This document shows, piece after piece, positions 24,904 to 34,592 of a stretch of 64,000 bases of DNA. Source of the stretch: Squalus acanthias (taxonomy: Eukaryota); NCBI GenBank assembly GCA_030390025.1, contig CM059431.1, positions 115,260,001 through 115,324,000 of the forward strand, given 5' to 3'. How positions within the stretch are numbered: the stretch's first letter is position 1; every line of letters starts with the position of its first letter. Made by a program: the position numbers and the translations under genes. The notes under the pieces are model-generated. The model did no database searches. It saw only the letters and a program-made list of their open reading frames with translations, and was not told the DNA's origin.

Positions 24904-27900
24904 CATAAGAACATAAGAAATAGGAGCAGGAGTAGGCCAATCGGCCCCTCGAGCCTGCTCCGCCATTCAATAAGATCATGGCTGATCTGATCCTAACCGC
25001 CAATCTACTATCTATCACAGAACCATCTCCTGCATCTAACAGAATTGCACACACAAAATAGGAGCAGAATCAGGCTACACAGTCCCTGGGCCCGCTCCAC
25101 TACCCACAGGGCCATGACCGATCCGAACCTAGACTCATGTCCAAATTCCTGCCCGCTCCCCGTAACCCTTAATGCCCTTTACTTCTAGGAAACTGTCTAT
25201 TTCTGTTTTAAATTTAATTAATGTTGTAGCTTCTACAGCTTTTTGTAGCAGCATATTCCATGGACCTACCACCCTCTGAGTGAAGTAGTTCCTCCTCATC
25301 TCAGTTTTGAAAGAGCAGCCCCTTATTCTAAGACTATGTCCCCTAGTTCTCGTCTCACCCGTCATCGGGAACATCCTCCCCGCATCCACCCGATCCAACC
25401 CCTTCACAATCTTATATGTTTCAATAAGATCGCCTCTCATTCTTCTGAACTCCAATGAGTAGAGTCCCAATCTACCCAACCTCTCCTCATATGACCACCC
25501 CCTCATCCCCGGGATTAACCGAGTGAACCTTTTTTGCACTGCCTCGAGAGCAAGGATGTCTTTCCTTAAGTAAGGACACCAAAACTGTATGCAGTATTCC
25601 AGGTGCGGTCTCACCAATACCTTGTACAACTGAAGCAATACCTCCCTATTTTTATATTCTATCCCCCTAGCAATGAAAGCCAACATTCCATTTGCCTTCT
25701 TAATCACTTGCTGCACCTGCATACTAACCTTTTGAGTTTCGTGCACCAGGACCCCCAGATCCCTTTGCACTTCAGTACTCTCCAGTTTCTTGCCATTAAG
25801 ATAATAAATTGCTCTAGGATTTTTCCTGCCAAAGTGCATCACCTCACACTTTCCAGTGTTGTATTCCATCTGCCAAATCTCTGCCCACTTACTTAGCCTG
25901 TCTATGTCCCCTTGCAGGTTTTTTATGTCCTCCTCACTCACTACTTTCCCTCCCATCTTAGTATCATCTGCAAATTTTGATATGTTACACTTGGTCCCTT
26001 CCTCCAAATCGTTAATATAGATTGTAAAGAGTTGGGGACCCAGCACTGACCCCTGTGGAACACCACTAGTTACTGATTGCCAGTCTGAGAATGAACCATT
26101 TATCCCAACTCTTTGCTTTCTGTTAGATAGCCAATCCTCTATCCATGCCAGAATATTACCCCCAATCCCGTGATTTTTTACCTTAAGCAATAATCTTTTG
26201 TGTGGCACCTTGTCAAATGCCTTTTGGAAGTCTAAATACACTACGTCCACTGGTTCCCCTTTATCCACTCTATATGTTACTTCCTCAAAGAACTCCAGCA
26301 AATTTGTCAAACATGACTTCCCCTTCGTAAAACCATGCTGACTTTGTCCTATTAAATTATGATTATCCAAATGTCCTGTTACTGTTTCCTTAATAATGGA
26401 CTCCAAAATTTTACCTACCACAGATGTTAGGCTAACCGGTCTATAGTTACCAGCCTTCTGTCTACTGCCCTTTTTAAATAAGGGTGTTACATTAGCAGTT
26501 TTCCAGTCTGCCGGGACCTTAGCGGAATCCAGGGAGTTTTGAAAAATTATTACCAATGCATCTACAATCCCTACCGCCACTTCCTTCAAGACTCTAGGAT
26601 GTAAGCCATCAGGTCCAGGTGATTTATCCGCCTTGAGTCCCATTATTTTACCGAGTACCACTTCCTTAGTGATTTTGATCGTGTTTAGCTCCTCTCCCCC
26701 TATAGCCCCCTGTTTGTCCAGTGTTGGGATATTCTTAGTGTCTTCTACTGTAAAGACTGATACAAAATATTCATTCAGTGTTTTTGCCATCTCCATATTT
26801 CCCACCATTAATTTCCCGGTCTCATCCTCTAAGGGACCAACATTTACTTTAGCCACCCTTTTTCTTTTTATATAACTATAAAAACTCTTACTATCTGTTT
26901 TTATATTTTTTGCTAATTTACTTTCATAATCTATCTTCCCTTTCTTAATCAATCTTTTTGTTATTTTTTGCTGCCTTTTAAAGTTTTCCCAATCCTCCGT
27001 CCTCCCACTAGATTTCGCTACCTTATATGCCCTTGTTTTTAGTCGAATACTATCCTTCATTTCTTTACTTAGCCACGGATGACTGTCCTTTCTTTTACAC
27101 CCTTTTCTTTTCAGTGGAATATATTTTTTTTGGAAGTTGTAAAATAACTCCTTGAATGTACACCACTGATCATGTGTCGTCTTACCCTTTAATCTATTTT
27201 CCCAATCCACTCTACTCAATTCCGCTCGCATACCTTCATAGTCTCCTTTATTCAAGCTTAGCACGCTTGTTTGAGATCCAACCTTCTCACCCTCTAATTG
27301 AATATGGAATTCAACCATGTTATGGTCACTCATTCCAAGGGGATCCTTTACTAGGACATTTTTAATTAATCCTGTCTCGTTACACAGGACCAGATCTAAG
27401 GTTGCTTGCCCCCTGGTCGGTTCAGTTACATACTGCTCAAGAAACCCATCCCTAATACACTCAATGAACTCATCCTCAAGGCAGCCCTGCCCCATTTGAT
27501 TTGTCCAATTAATATGATAGTTAAAATCCCCCATAATTATAGATGTTCCCTTATTACATGCCTCAACTATTTCCTGATTGATACTCCGTCCAACAGAGTT
27601 GCAACTGTTCGGAGGCCTATAGACTACGCCCACTAGTGTTTTTTTCCCCTTATTATTCCTTATCTCCACCCAAACTGTTTCATTATCATGATTTTTTGAC
27701 CCAATATCATTACTCTGTATTACAGTGATTCCTTCCTTTATTAACATAGCCACCCCACCTCCCCTTCCTTCCTGCCTGTCCTTCCTGATCGTTAAATAAC
27801 CTGGTATGTTTAATTCCCAGGCATTGTCACCCTGCAGCCATGTTTCTGTAATGGCCACAATATCATAACCATATGTAGTTATTTGTGCCATTAACTCGTC

Positions 27901-28080
27901 TATTTTGTTACGAATGCTACGTGCATTCAGATAGAGAACTTTCAAATATGCTTTGTGGCACTTAGTTCCTGCTTTTTCACTTTTTACCACTTTACCTTTT
28001 ACTCCACACACTCTGTCCCTTCCTGCCACGCTCTGATTTGTGATTCCCCTACTGCTACCTATGTCTATGACCCTCTCTGT
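24904..28080 (-). mobile_element. CR1-clade LINE, 5'-truncated (no ORF1), young
   Basis: (TTCTTATG)n 3' tail at 24904-24919, CR1-type 3'UTR stem-loop region and an uninterrupted ORF2. Confidence 0.95.
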
Positions 28081-28086
28081 TGTCAT
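25135..28086 (-). CDS. CR1 ORF2: AP endonuclease + reverse transcriptase, open end to end
   Basis: EN motifs YLNARS, ITETWL, YRPP, MGDFN, LDLVL, SDH; RT motifs NYRPVSLTS, QHGF, YLDFQKAFDKV, GVPQGSVLGP, FADD. First in-frame ATG is at 28084-28086; the ORF track start at 28143 is a GTG in flanking DNA. Confidence 0.92.
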   Translation of the reverse strand: MTTERVIDIGSSRGITNQSVAGRDRVCGVKGKVVKSEKAGTKCHKAYLKVLYLNARSIRNKIDELMAQITTYGYDIVAITETWLQGDNAWELNIPGYLTIRKDRQEGRGGGVAMLIKEGITVIQSNDIGSKNHDNETVWVEIRNNKGKKTLVGVVYRPPNSCNSVGRSINQEIVEACNKGTSIIMGDFNYHINWTNQMGQGCLEDEFIECIRDGFLEQYVTEPTRGQATLDLVLCNETGLIKNVLVKDPLGMSDHNMVEFHIQLEGEKVGSQTSVLSLNKGDYEGMRAELSRVDWENRLKGKTTHDQWCTFKELFYNFQKKYIPLKRKGCKRKDSHPWLSKEMKDSIRLKTRAYKVAKSSGRTEDWENFKRQQKITKRLIKKGKIDYESKLAKNIKTDSKSFYSYIKRKRVAKVNVGPLEDETGKLMVGNMEMAKTLNEYFVSVFTVEDTKNIPTLDKQGAIGGEELNTIKITKEVVLGKIMGLKADKSPGPDGLHPRVLKEVAVGIVDALVIIFQNSLDSAKVPADWKTANVTPLFKKGSRQKAGNYRPVSLTSVVGKILESIIKETVTGHLDNHNLIGQSQHGFTKGKSCLTNLLEFFEEVTYRVDKGEPVDVVYLDFQKAFDKVPHKRLLLKVKNHGIGGNILAWIEDWLSNRKQRVGINGSFSDWQSVTSGVPQGSVLGPQLFTIYINDLEEGTKCNISKFADDTKMGGKVVSEEDIKNLQGDIDRLSKWAEIWQMEYNTGKCEVMHFGRKNPRAIYYLNGKKLESTEVQRDLGVLVHETQKVSMQVQQVIKKANGMLAFIARGIEYKNREVLLQLYKVLVRPHLEYCIQFWCPYLRKDILALEAVQKRFTRLIPGMRGWSYEERLGRLGLYSLEFRRMRGDLIETYKIVKGLDRVDAGRMFPMTGETRTRGHSLRIRGCSFKTEMRRNYFTQRVVGPWNMLLQKAVEATTLIKFKTEIDSFLEVKGIKGYGERAGIWT

Positions 28087-28343
28087 TATGACATGTATTT
28101 CGTAATCTTGAATAATATGCAATAAAGATTTTCCATTTCGCACTATTCAACCGGGTCTACCTGAGTTTTTCTCTGCATTATTGCTCTCGCACCTAAGTCC
28201 AGTGTCAGAACCGTAAGGGCGAGTGGGTCGAACCACTCACAGGTGTCTAGTGTTACCAGGCTGGCTGGAGACCAGAACAGGCAACAAGGCCTAACCCTGC
28301 ACTAGCACCCAGGCTAACCACAGAGCCACGCGAACCCCTTACA

Positions 28344-28665
28344 GAACCCCCGAGATACCTGCACCCCTCTAATTCTGCCCTCTTGAGCATTCCTGATTAT
28401 AATCGCTCAAACTTTGGTGACCGTGTCTTCTGTTGCCTCGGCCCTAAGCTCTGGAATTCCCTGCCAAAACCTGTCCACCTCGCTACCTCTCCTCCTTTAA
28501 GACGCTCCTTAAAACCTACCTCTTTGACCAAGCTTTTGGTCACCTGCCCTAATTTATCCTTATGTAGCTCGGTGTCAAATATTTTGTCTGATAACACTCC
28601 TGGGCAGCGCCTTGGGATGTTTTACTACGTTAAAGCCGCTATATAAATACAAGTTGTTGTTGTTG
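28344..28665 (+). mobile_element. L2 LINE 3' end (continuation of 22420-23540) with (GTT)n tail
   Basis: Colinear with the uninterrupted copy at 51640-51966; ends tataaatacaagttgttgttgttg. Confidence 0.9.
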
Positions 28666-29099
28666 TCCATTTTTCTGATTCTATCTCTGTGAAGTGCCTT
28701 TTTATATGTTATTGGTGCTTTATAAATGCATGTTGTTATTATTGCTATTATTAATAATAAAAAGATCTGTTGGTATTTCACCTTCAAAAAGACCTGCTGG
28801 CGATTTAAAAGGCTAGTGGTATGTTGATTTCAAACAGGAGGACACTGTAAGTCAATAGCTCCAACAAAAAAATATACTGTAGACACTGGAAATCTGAAAC
28901 AAAAACAGGAAATGCTGGAAACACTATACAAGTCAAGCAGCATCTGTGGAGCCACAAGACAAGTCAACGTTTCAGGTATGGAGCGTGCAGCAGAACTGGA
29001 AGATACTACTGATCAACTGCATTCTGCAAAGAACAGAACAAGGGAAAGGGGGAAGTTGCATTTCCCCCCCACCCCCTTCCCCTTGTTCTGTTCTAGGGA

Positions 29100-29470
29100 C
29101 TGGACCACAGAATCTATGCTGACACTTCAGAGTAGTAATGAGGGAGTGCGGCATTGTCAGAAATGCCATCTTTCAGGTAAGATGTAAACCAAGGCCCTAT
29201 CTGCCTGTTCAGGTGGATGTAAAAGTTCCCATTAGGCTATTCGAAGAAGAACAGGGAGTTTACTCATGTCCTAACCAACATTCCCCCCCTCAACCAACAC
29301 CTTTGAGAGGCAATTACTTGATAATTCATTTATTTGCTGTTTATGAGGCAGTATCGTGTGCAAGTCAGTTGCTGCATTTGCCTACATAGCAACAATAATT
29401 GCACTTCAAATGTAATCCATTGTTTGAAAAGTGTTTTGGGACATCTAATAAGATGCCATGTAAATGCATG
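29100..29470 (+). mobile_element. Older DeuSINE-like copy
   Basis: Diverged core gccatctttcaggtaagatgtaaaccaaggccc...caggtggatgtaaaag. Confidence 0.6.
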
Positions 29471-30119
29471 TTCTACCTAATATGGGAATACGCCACACTA
29501 ACAGGTTTTTGTCAATGGATTACAAGTTTGTTGCTGTATTTTACAAAATTAAAGATCTTCATTCATGAGAAAACAATGTGAACTTTTCCAAATCCCAAGG
29601 GAATGCAGGTTTGCTCTATCATTTACAAAGGCAATTTTTACAGAGATACTTGCGACATTTTACAATTACTTTGAAAGCCCCTGCTAGTTACTTCATCAGA
29701 AAGAGTGGACAAATAGTTTTTCCTTGATATGTGATGGTCATGTGGGATTACAATCATTGCCACTTCCTTCATTGAATTGTGCAAAACCTAATTACAGAAA
29801 GGAAACGGAATACTTTTGTCATTCTATAAAGTGTATGTGGTTCTTTCAAAGTGCAAATTCAAAGTCCAGTGGAATTCTCCCTATGAATTATGCAGCAACG
29901 TAAAACATAATTTGGTTAATTCTAACACAGTGCTCGCAACATCAACAAACTTCTATTACATGTGAGAATACTATTTTCTTCAACTATAAAGCTGGCAAAA
30001 CTCAAATTCTCCCAAGTTAACATTGAAATTCAAGTTAATATTTTGATAAGTTCCCCTCCAAAATCCTGTTTTCTATTTATAGGTCACCATGCAATACAGG
30101 TATAAAGGAAATGCACTAT

Positions 30120-31250
30120 ATCGGAACAGGAGGAGGCCATTCAACCCCTCGAGCCTGTTCTGACGATTAATGAGATCATGGCTGATCTGTATCCTAATTC
30201 CATCCTCCGCCTTGGCTCCATATCCATTAATACCCTTGGCTAGTAAAAATCTATCAATTTCAGATTTAAAATTATTAATTGAGCTAGCATCTATCACTTT
30301 TTGTGGGAGAGAGTTCCACACTTCTACCACCCCTTGCATTAAGAAATGTTTCCCAACTTCTCTCCTGAACGGCCTGCCTCTGATTTTAAGGTTATGTCCC
30401 ATGTCCTAGACTCACCCACCAGCAGAAAAGGTTTCTCTCTTATCTACCCGATCAATTCCTTCCTAAATTCTAAAAAGTTCAATCAAATTACCCCTTTACC
30501 ATCTATATTCCAGGGAATACAAGCCTAGTTTATGTAATCTCTCCTCATAATCTAACCCTTGGAGCCCTGGTAACATTCTAGTGAATCTGCACTGCATTCC
30601 TTCCAAGGCCAATACATCCTTTCTAAGGTGCAGTGCCCAGAACTGTACACAGTAGGGATTTGTCAGTCTTGAGTGCCATTATTTTTTCTAATACTGTTTT
30701 CTTGCTTATGTTAACTTCAGTGAGTTACAGTCCTTGATTCATTATTAGTTTCCCTGGAATGTCAGGCATATTATAGTCATCCTCTACTGTGAAGACTGGC
30801 GCAAAGTAATTATTGAACAAGTCTTCCATTTCCTTATTTTCATTTTAATATTACCCGCATCTGTTTTTAAAGGGCCCACATTACCCTTGACTATCATTTT
30901 TCTTCTAATATAATTGTAAAAACTGTGTTAATCTTGATAACCGACAAAATACTTTTTGTATTCCCTTTTTGCAGCTCTTACTATCTTTTTTGTCTTCCTT
31001 TGCTGTTCTTTATATCTCTCCCAGTCCTCTGAATCTACACTATTCTTTGCACTGTTGTATGCTCTTTCCTTTAATTTTATGTTATCTCTCACTTCTTTTG
31101 TCAACCATGGCTGTTTTATTTGGTAAGTAGAGCTCTTGTCCCTTAGGGATACACACAGGTCCTGTAATAAGCAAAATTATTTTTTGAACAGCTCCTACTG
31201 TAGTTTTACCCGATAACAGTTTTGACCAGTTTGCTGTTGTCAGTCTCTGT
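30120..31250 (-). mobile_element. CR1 LINE fragments (3' end plus internal piece)
   Basis: GHNLKIRGRPFRREVGKHF...WNSLP...FKSEIDRFL and 3'UTR; 30660-31250 resembles the EN-RT linker. Confidence 0.8.
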
Positions 31251-33987
31251 CTTTATATAAAGAAATAAAGTCAAACTGAACTAAGAAAACTTGCATGAAC
31301 AGCACAAAAAATATTTTGCTATGAACATTTCTAGTTTTCCCATACTCATTTACTGCTGGTTACAATCAAAACCTCATCAAGTAGGAGTCCATCTGTTCTA
31401 TTTTCTCATCTCCCGCATGTGTGCCTTACAACAGAATGCTAAGCACAGGAAGTCACAAGGCTTTTCATTACCTCCTAGACATACAAAAAAGTTAGTCTAC
31501 CATGGCAAGGTTGAGGATGGCTAAAAATAGAAACTCAAATTAGTCTGGAGTAGTCTAAAAGAGTAGACTAGTGAAGAGGGTTATCACAGAAAGCATCTGC
31601 AATGAGCTGGTGCAGCGGAAAGTACCCATGTTTAAAATAAAAACAGACCAGAAACAGGACACTTGTAATCATCCCTTTTATCCTCCCAGTCGCTGCTCTC
31701 CTGAATAGTTGTGATTTTAACAACATGAACAAGATAGTTGGCTGTTAAAAGGAAACAGGATTAGGTTTACATTTTCACAGAATAAAGAATATACGGACAA
31801 TAAAGTCTACATACACTGAGTCTTTTCAGTCAAGAAACACCCAACTGCTACAGAACAAGTCAAATCTCACTCAGACTGACTTGACTCGCATGTGATTGCA
31901 GATGAATTGAAAAAAAAACTATATTTAGCAGACTAAATGACACTCGGCCAAAAAAAAATGGGCTTTAAAAAAAAATGATAACTGAAAACAATGGTATCCA
32001 CTGTACAGCGGAGCTGAATGGGCCAGAAAGGATGTTGCAGCATGTTGACGAAGTTAAAAAGCTGAAACAGATTAGAAGGGAACAGCAACCCGTCCCATCC
32101 CCCCCCCCTCCGCTCCTACCATAAGAGGTTGGACTGCAACCGTTGCAGCCCTAGTCTGCATAGTTGTTTGATTGCTTAAGCCTGTTGGTCAGACAATAGG
32201 AACAGAAAGAATGGCTGCTTCCTTCCTTCCTTCCTGTTCAGTGTTCTGCCTCAGTGAGCAAATTCAATACCATTTCTGCTCCACGGCAACACCGGACTTC
32301 ACCACGACTAAGATCAACAAAGAAGCATTCTAGGGGCATTTCCAACCGCACCTCGGCCAAACTAGTGAGCTGTGCAACGCGGGAGGGACAGTAATAACAC
32401 GAAATCTGAGCACTGCTGCGAGGTTACCGAGAAAGTGGGGAGGCGGGGGGGTGACTTTGAACAGGTGCGGGGAAAATCTGGAAGAAATTTTGGGGAGAGA
32501 CAGCAATTTAAATAAGGAGCGCAAAGTAGACCAGGCAGAATCGTTAAGAAGAGCCTGACATTTCACCCGAATAGGGGCAGCTGCAGGGCAATAAAAACCT
32601 TGGTATTTTCCCGATTGTTTCCAGTGGAAGTAAAATACAGCACAACGGAAACAAAATGCCCCGAAGCGATAAAGAGACCCTGTTTTAAAAAATAAATAAA
32701 CTCCCGTTTCTTTTAAAACTTCTGTTGTAATCATTCTCACCCAGTTCTTTTTTAAATCGGTGCTATTCAGTGCGTGTTTATTTAACCAGTGTGTGGGTTT
32801 CGGGATCTTGAACATGCTGGTTAACCTGATGTCTCGGTTCATGCTGTGCGATTAGTAATACATCGAAAGCACTAGTGCAGTTTCATCCGTGGGGTAACTG
32901 CAAATACTGACTCAGGTGGCTCTAAGGTCTGTGTGTGGGGGGAGGTTACATACAACAATCCGGATGCTAGACATTACCCCGGGTCTAGCTGAGAGAGGCA
33001 AAAAAAAAAGTGAACAAGCTAACCATGTACTGGTGACAACCCTACTGCTTTACTTCCTCTGAGCTCCCACTCTCCCACATTTTTCACAGTTACTGACATA
33101 ATCATGTAAAGTAAGCTGCCCGGAGCCCAGGCTTTCAGAGATTTGCTAATTCTGTTTGCTCAAAGGTGTGTATAAACAGGCAGCCATTCACGGGGTGTCA
33201 TTTTCCCATATAATCAGGAGGGCTTTGTGAAAAGCTGCATAAAAGCATTCATTACTGAAATTCAGCGCGACTCCCTGCCCATTCAGGGCTTCCTGTTCTC
33301 TTCAGCAGCCAACTCATCCCCTATTAACACACAAATACGAAACATACAAACTAAGGCAGCTCCTCGGGAATACTAATTAGAGGCACGTAGCTGAGGAGAG
33401 CTTAAAAAGCAGAAAACAGACAAGCCCAAAGAAAGGATAAAAATAAGATGGTTGGAGCAAAAAAAAAGGGGTAGGTGTGAATCATTTAGGACGTTTAGTT
33501 TTCAGAAAGTCGAAAAGCTGCTGTGGTAAACAAATTCCCTATTTTATCAGCACACCATGGTAACTGCACATCATACATGCCTGGACATAAAGTATTAATT
33601 ACTTTCCACCCAAAATATATACTTAAAATCTTGCAAGGGAGACGATTTGGGTTTATACGGGAAATGTCGTGTCATTCCAATTTCCTGAATGTAACATCAT
33701 ATTAGGTTGAGGTTAAAGGCTCAAGTGTCCTCCAGCTATGTTTTGCATAAACTTAACTCGGATCAATTCTTCTCCTTGCAAATTCCAGTTGTCAGTTGGT
33801 GATAAAATTGAAAGCTAATATGTCTTTGTGCATGCCTCGCTTACAGAAGATGCCCCCCCCCCCCCCCCCCGACTTGCAGTCCTTCGAGGTCATTTTTAGC
33901 ATGCACAAATAATGCACCTGACAACAATCCACCTTCCTTCTCATCAAGCGTCCACACCTAACTGGAGCACAACTTCAAAGAATCTAA

Positions 33988-34211
33988 ATGAGAAGTCGCA
34001 CAACACCAGGTTATAGTCCAACAGATTTATTTAATTTTACAAGCTTTCGGAGCAGTTCGCTCCTTCGTCAGGTAAGGTCAGCTAAACTTACCTGACGAAG
34101 GAGCGAACTGCTCCGAAAGCTTGTAAAATTAAATAAATCTGTTGGACTATAACCTGGTGTTGTGCGACTTCTCATTTTTGTCCACCCCAGTCCAACGCCG
34201 GCATCTCCACA
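33988..34211 (+). mobile_element. Penelope-like element terminal-repeat (pLTR) insertion with inverted 5' duplication
   Basis: Perfect 91-bp inverted repeat (33986-34076 / 34087-34177, 10-nt spacer), 34-nt 3' extension, 13-bp flanking duplication tcaaagaatctaa (33975-33987 and 34212-34224), hammerhead core. Confidence 0.85.
34088..34126 (+). ncRNA. Minimal type I hammerhead ribozyme motif (mirror copy on minus strand at 34037-34075)
   Basis: ttac-CTGACGA-a-GGAGC-gaact-GCTCC-GAAA-gc-TT-gtaa: both catalytic boxes, 5-bp stem II, stem I ttac/gtaa and a palindromic AGCT stem III. Confidence 0.75.
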
Positions 34212-34337
34212 TCAAAGAATCTAAGAGGAGCAGATTGTTGCTATTGTTCAAAGAAACTGAGTTTTGCAGAAGCTACTTTCAGACAGTTATCATTAACTTG
34301 AAACTAAATAGCATAAGTTAAGCACAGATCTTTTTAC

Positions 34338-34592
34338 AACAACAACAACTTGTATTTATATAGCGCCTTTAAAATAGTAAAACCTCCCAAGGTGCTTCAC
34401 AGGAGTATTATAAGACAAAGAATTTGACACCGAGCCACATAAGGAGAAATTAGGGCAGATGACCAAAAGCTTGGTCAGAGGTAGGTCTTAAGAAGCGTCT
34501 TAAAGGAGGAAAGAGAGGTAGAGAGGCGGAGAGGTTTAGGCAGGTAATTCCAGAGCTTAGGGGCTAGGCAACAGAAGGCACGGCCACCAATG
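34338..34592 (-). mobile_element. L2 LINE 3' end
   Basis: Reverse complement of the 51710-51966 block; appears as an (AAC)n run on the plus strand. Confidence 0.85.

Larger units (their letters stand above)
23541..28343 (+). mobile_element. Solo LTR of about 1.6 kb (Gypsy- or ERV-type), split by the CR1 insertion into 23541-24903 and about 28081-28343
   Basis: TGT...ACA termini with imperfect inverted ends (TGTAGAATTCGC / TGTAAGGGGTTCGC), TATAAA near 24140, AATAAA at 28121, CpG-rich. It interrupts an otherwise contiguous L2. No clean TSD. Confidence 0.75.

Noticed and set aside
24885..28088. tgtcatta at 24885-24892 and 28081-28088 as the CR1 TSD
   Set aside because: The left copy is about 11 nt away from the CR1 tail, so it is not a clean junction duplication.
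32330..32842. 170-aa minus-strand ORF
   Set aside because: No recognisable domain or exon structure; more likely a chance ORF in a GC-richer patch.
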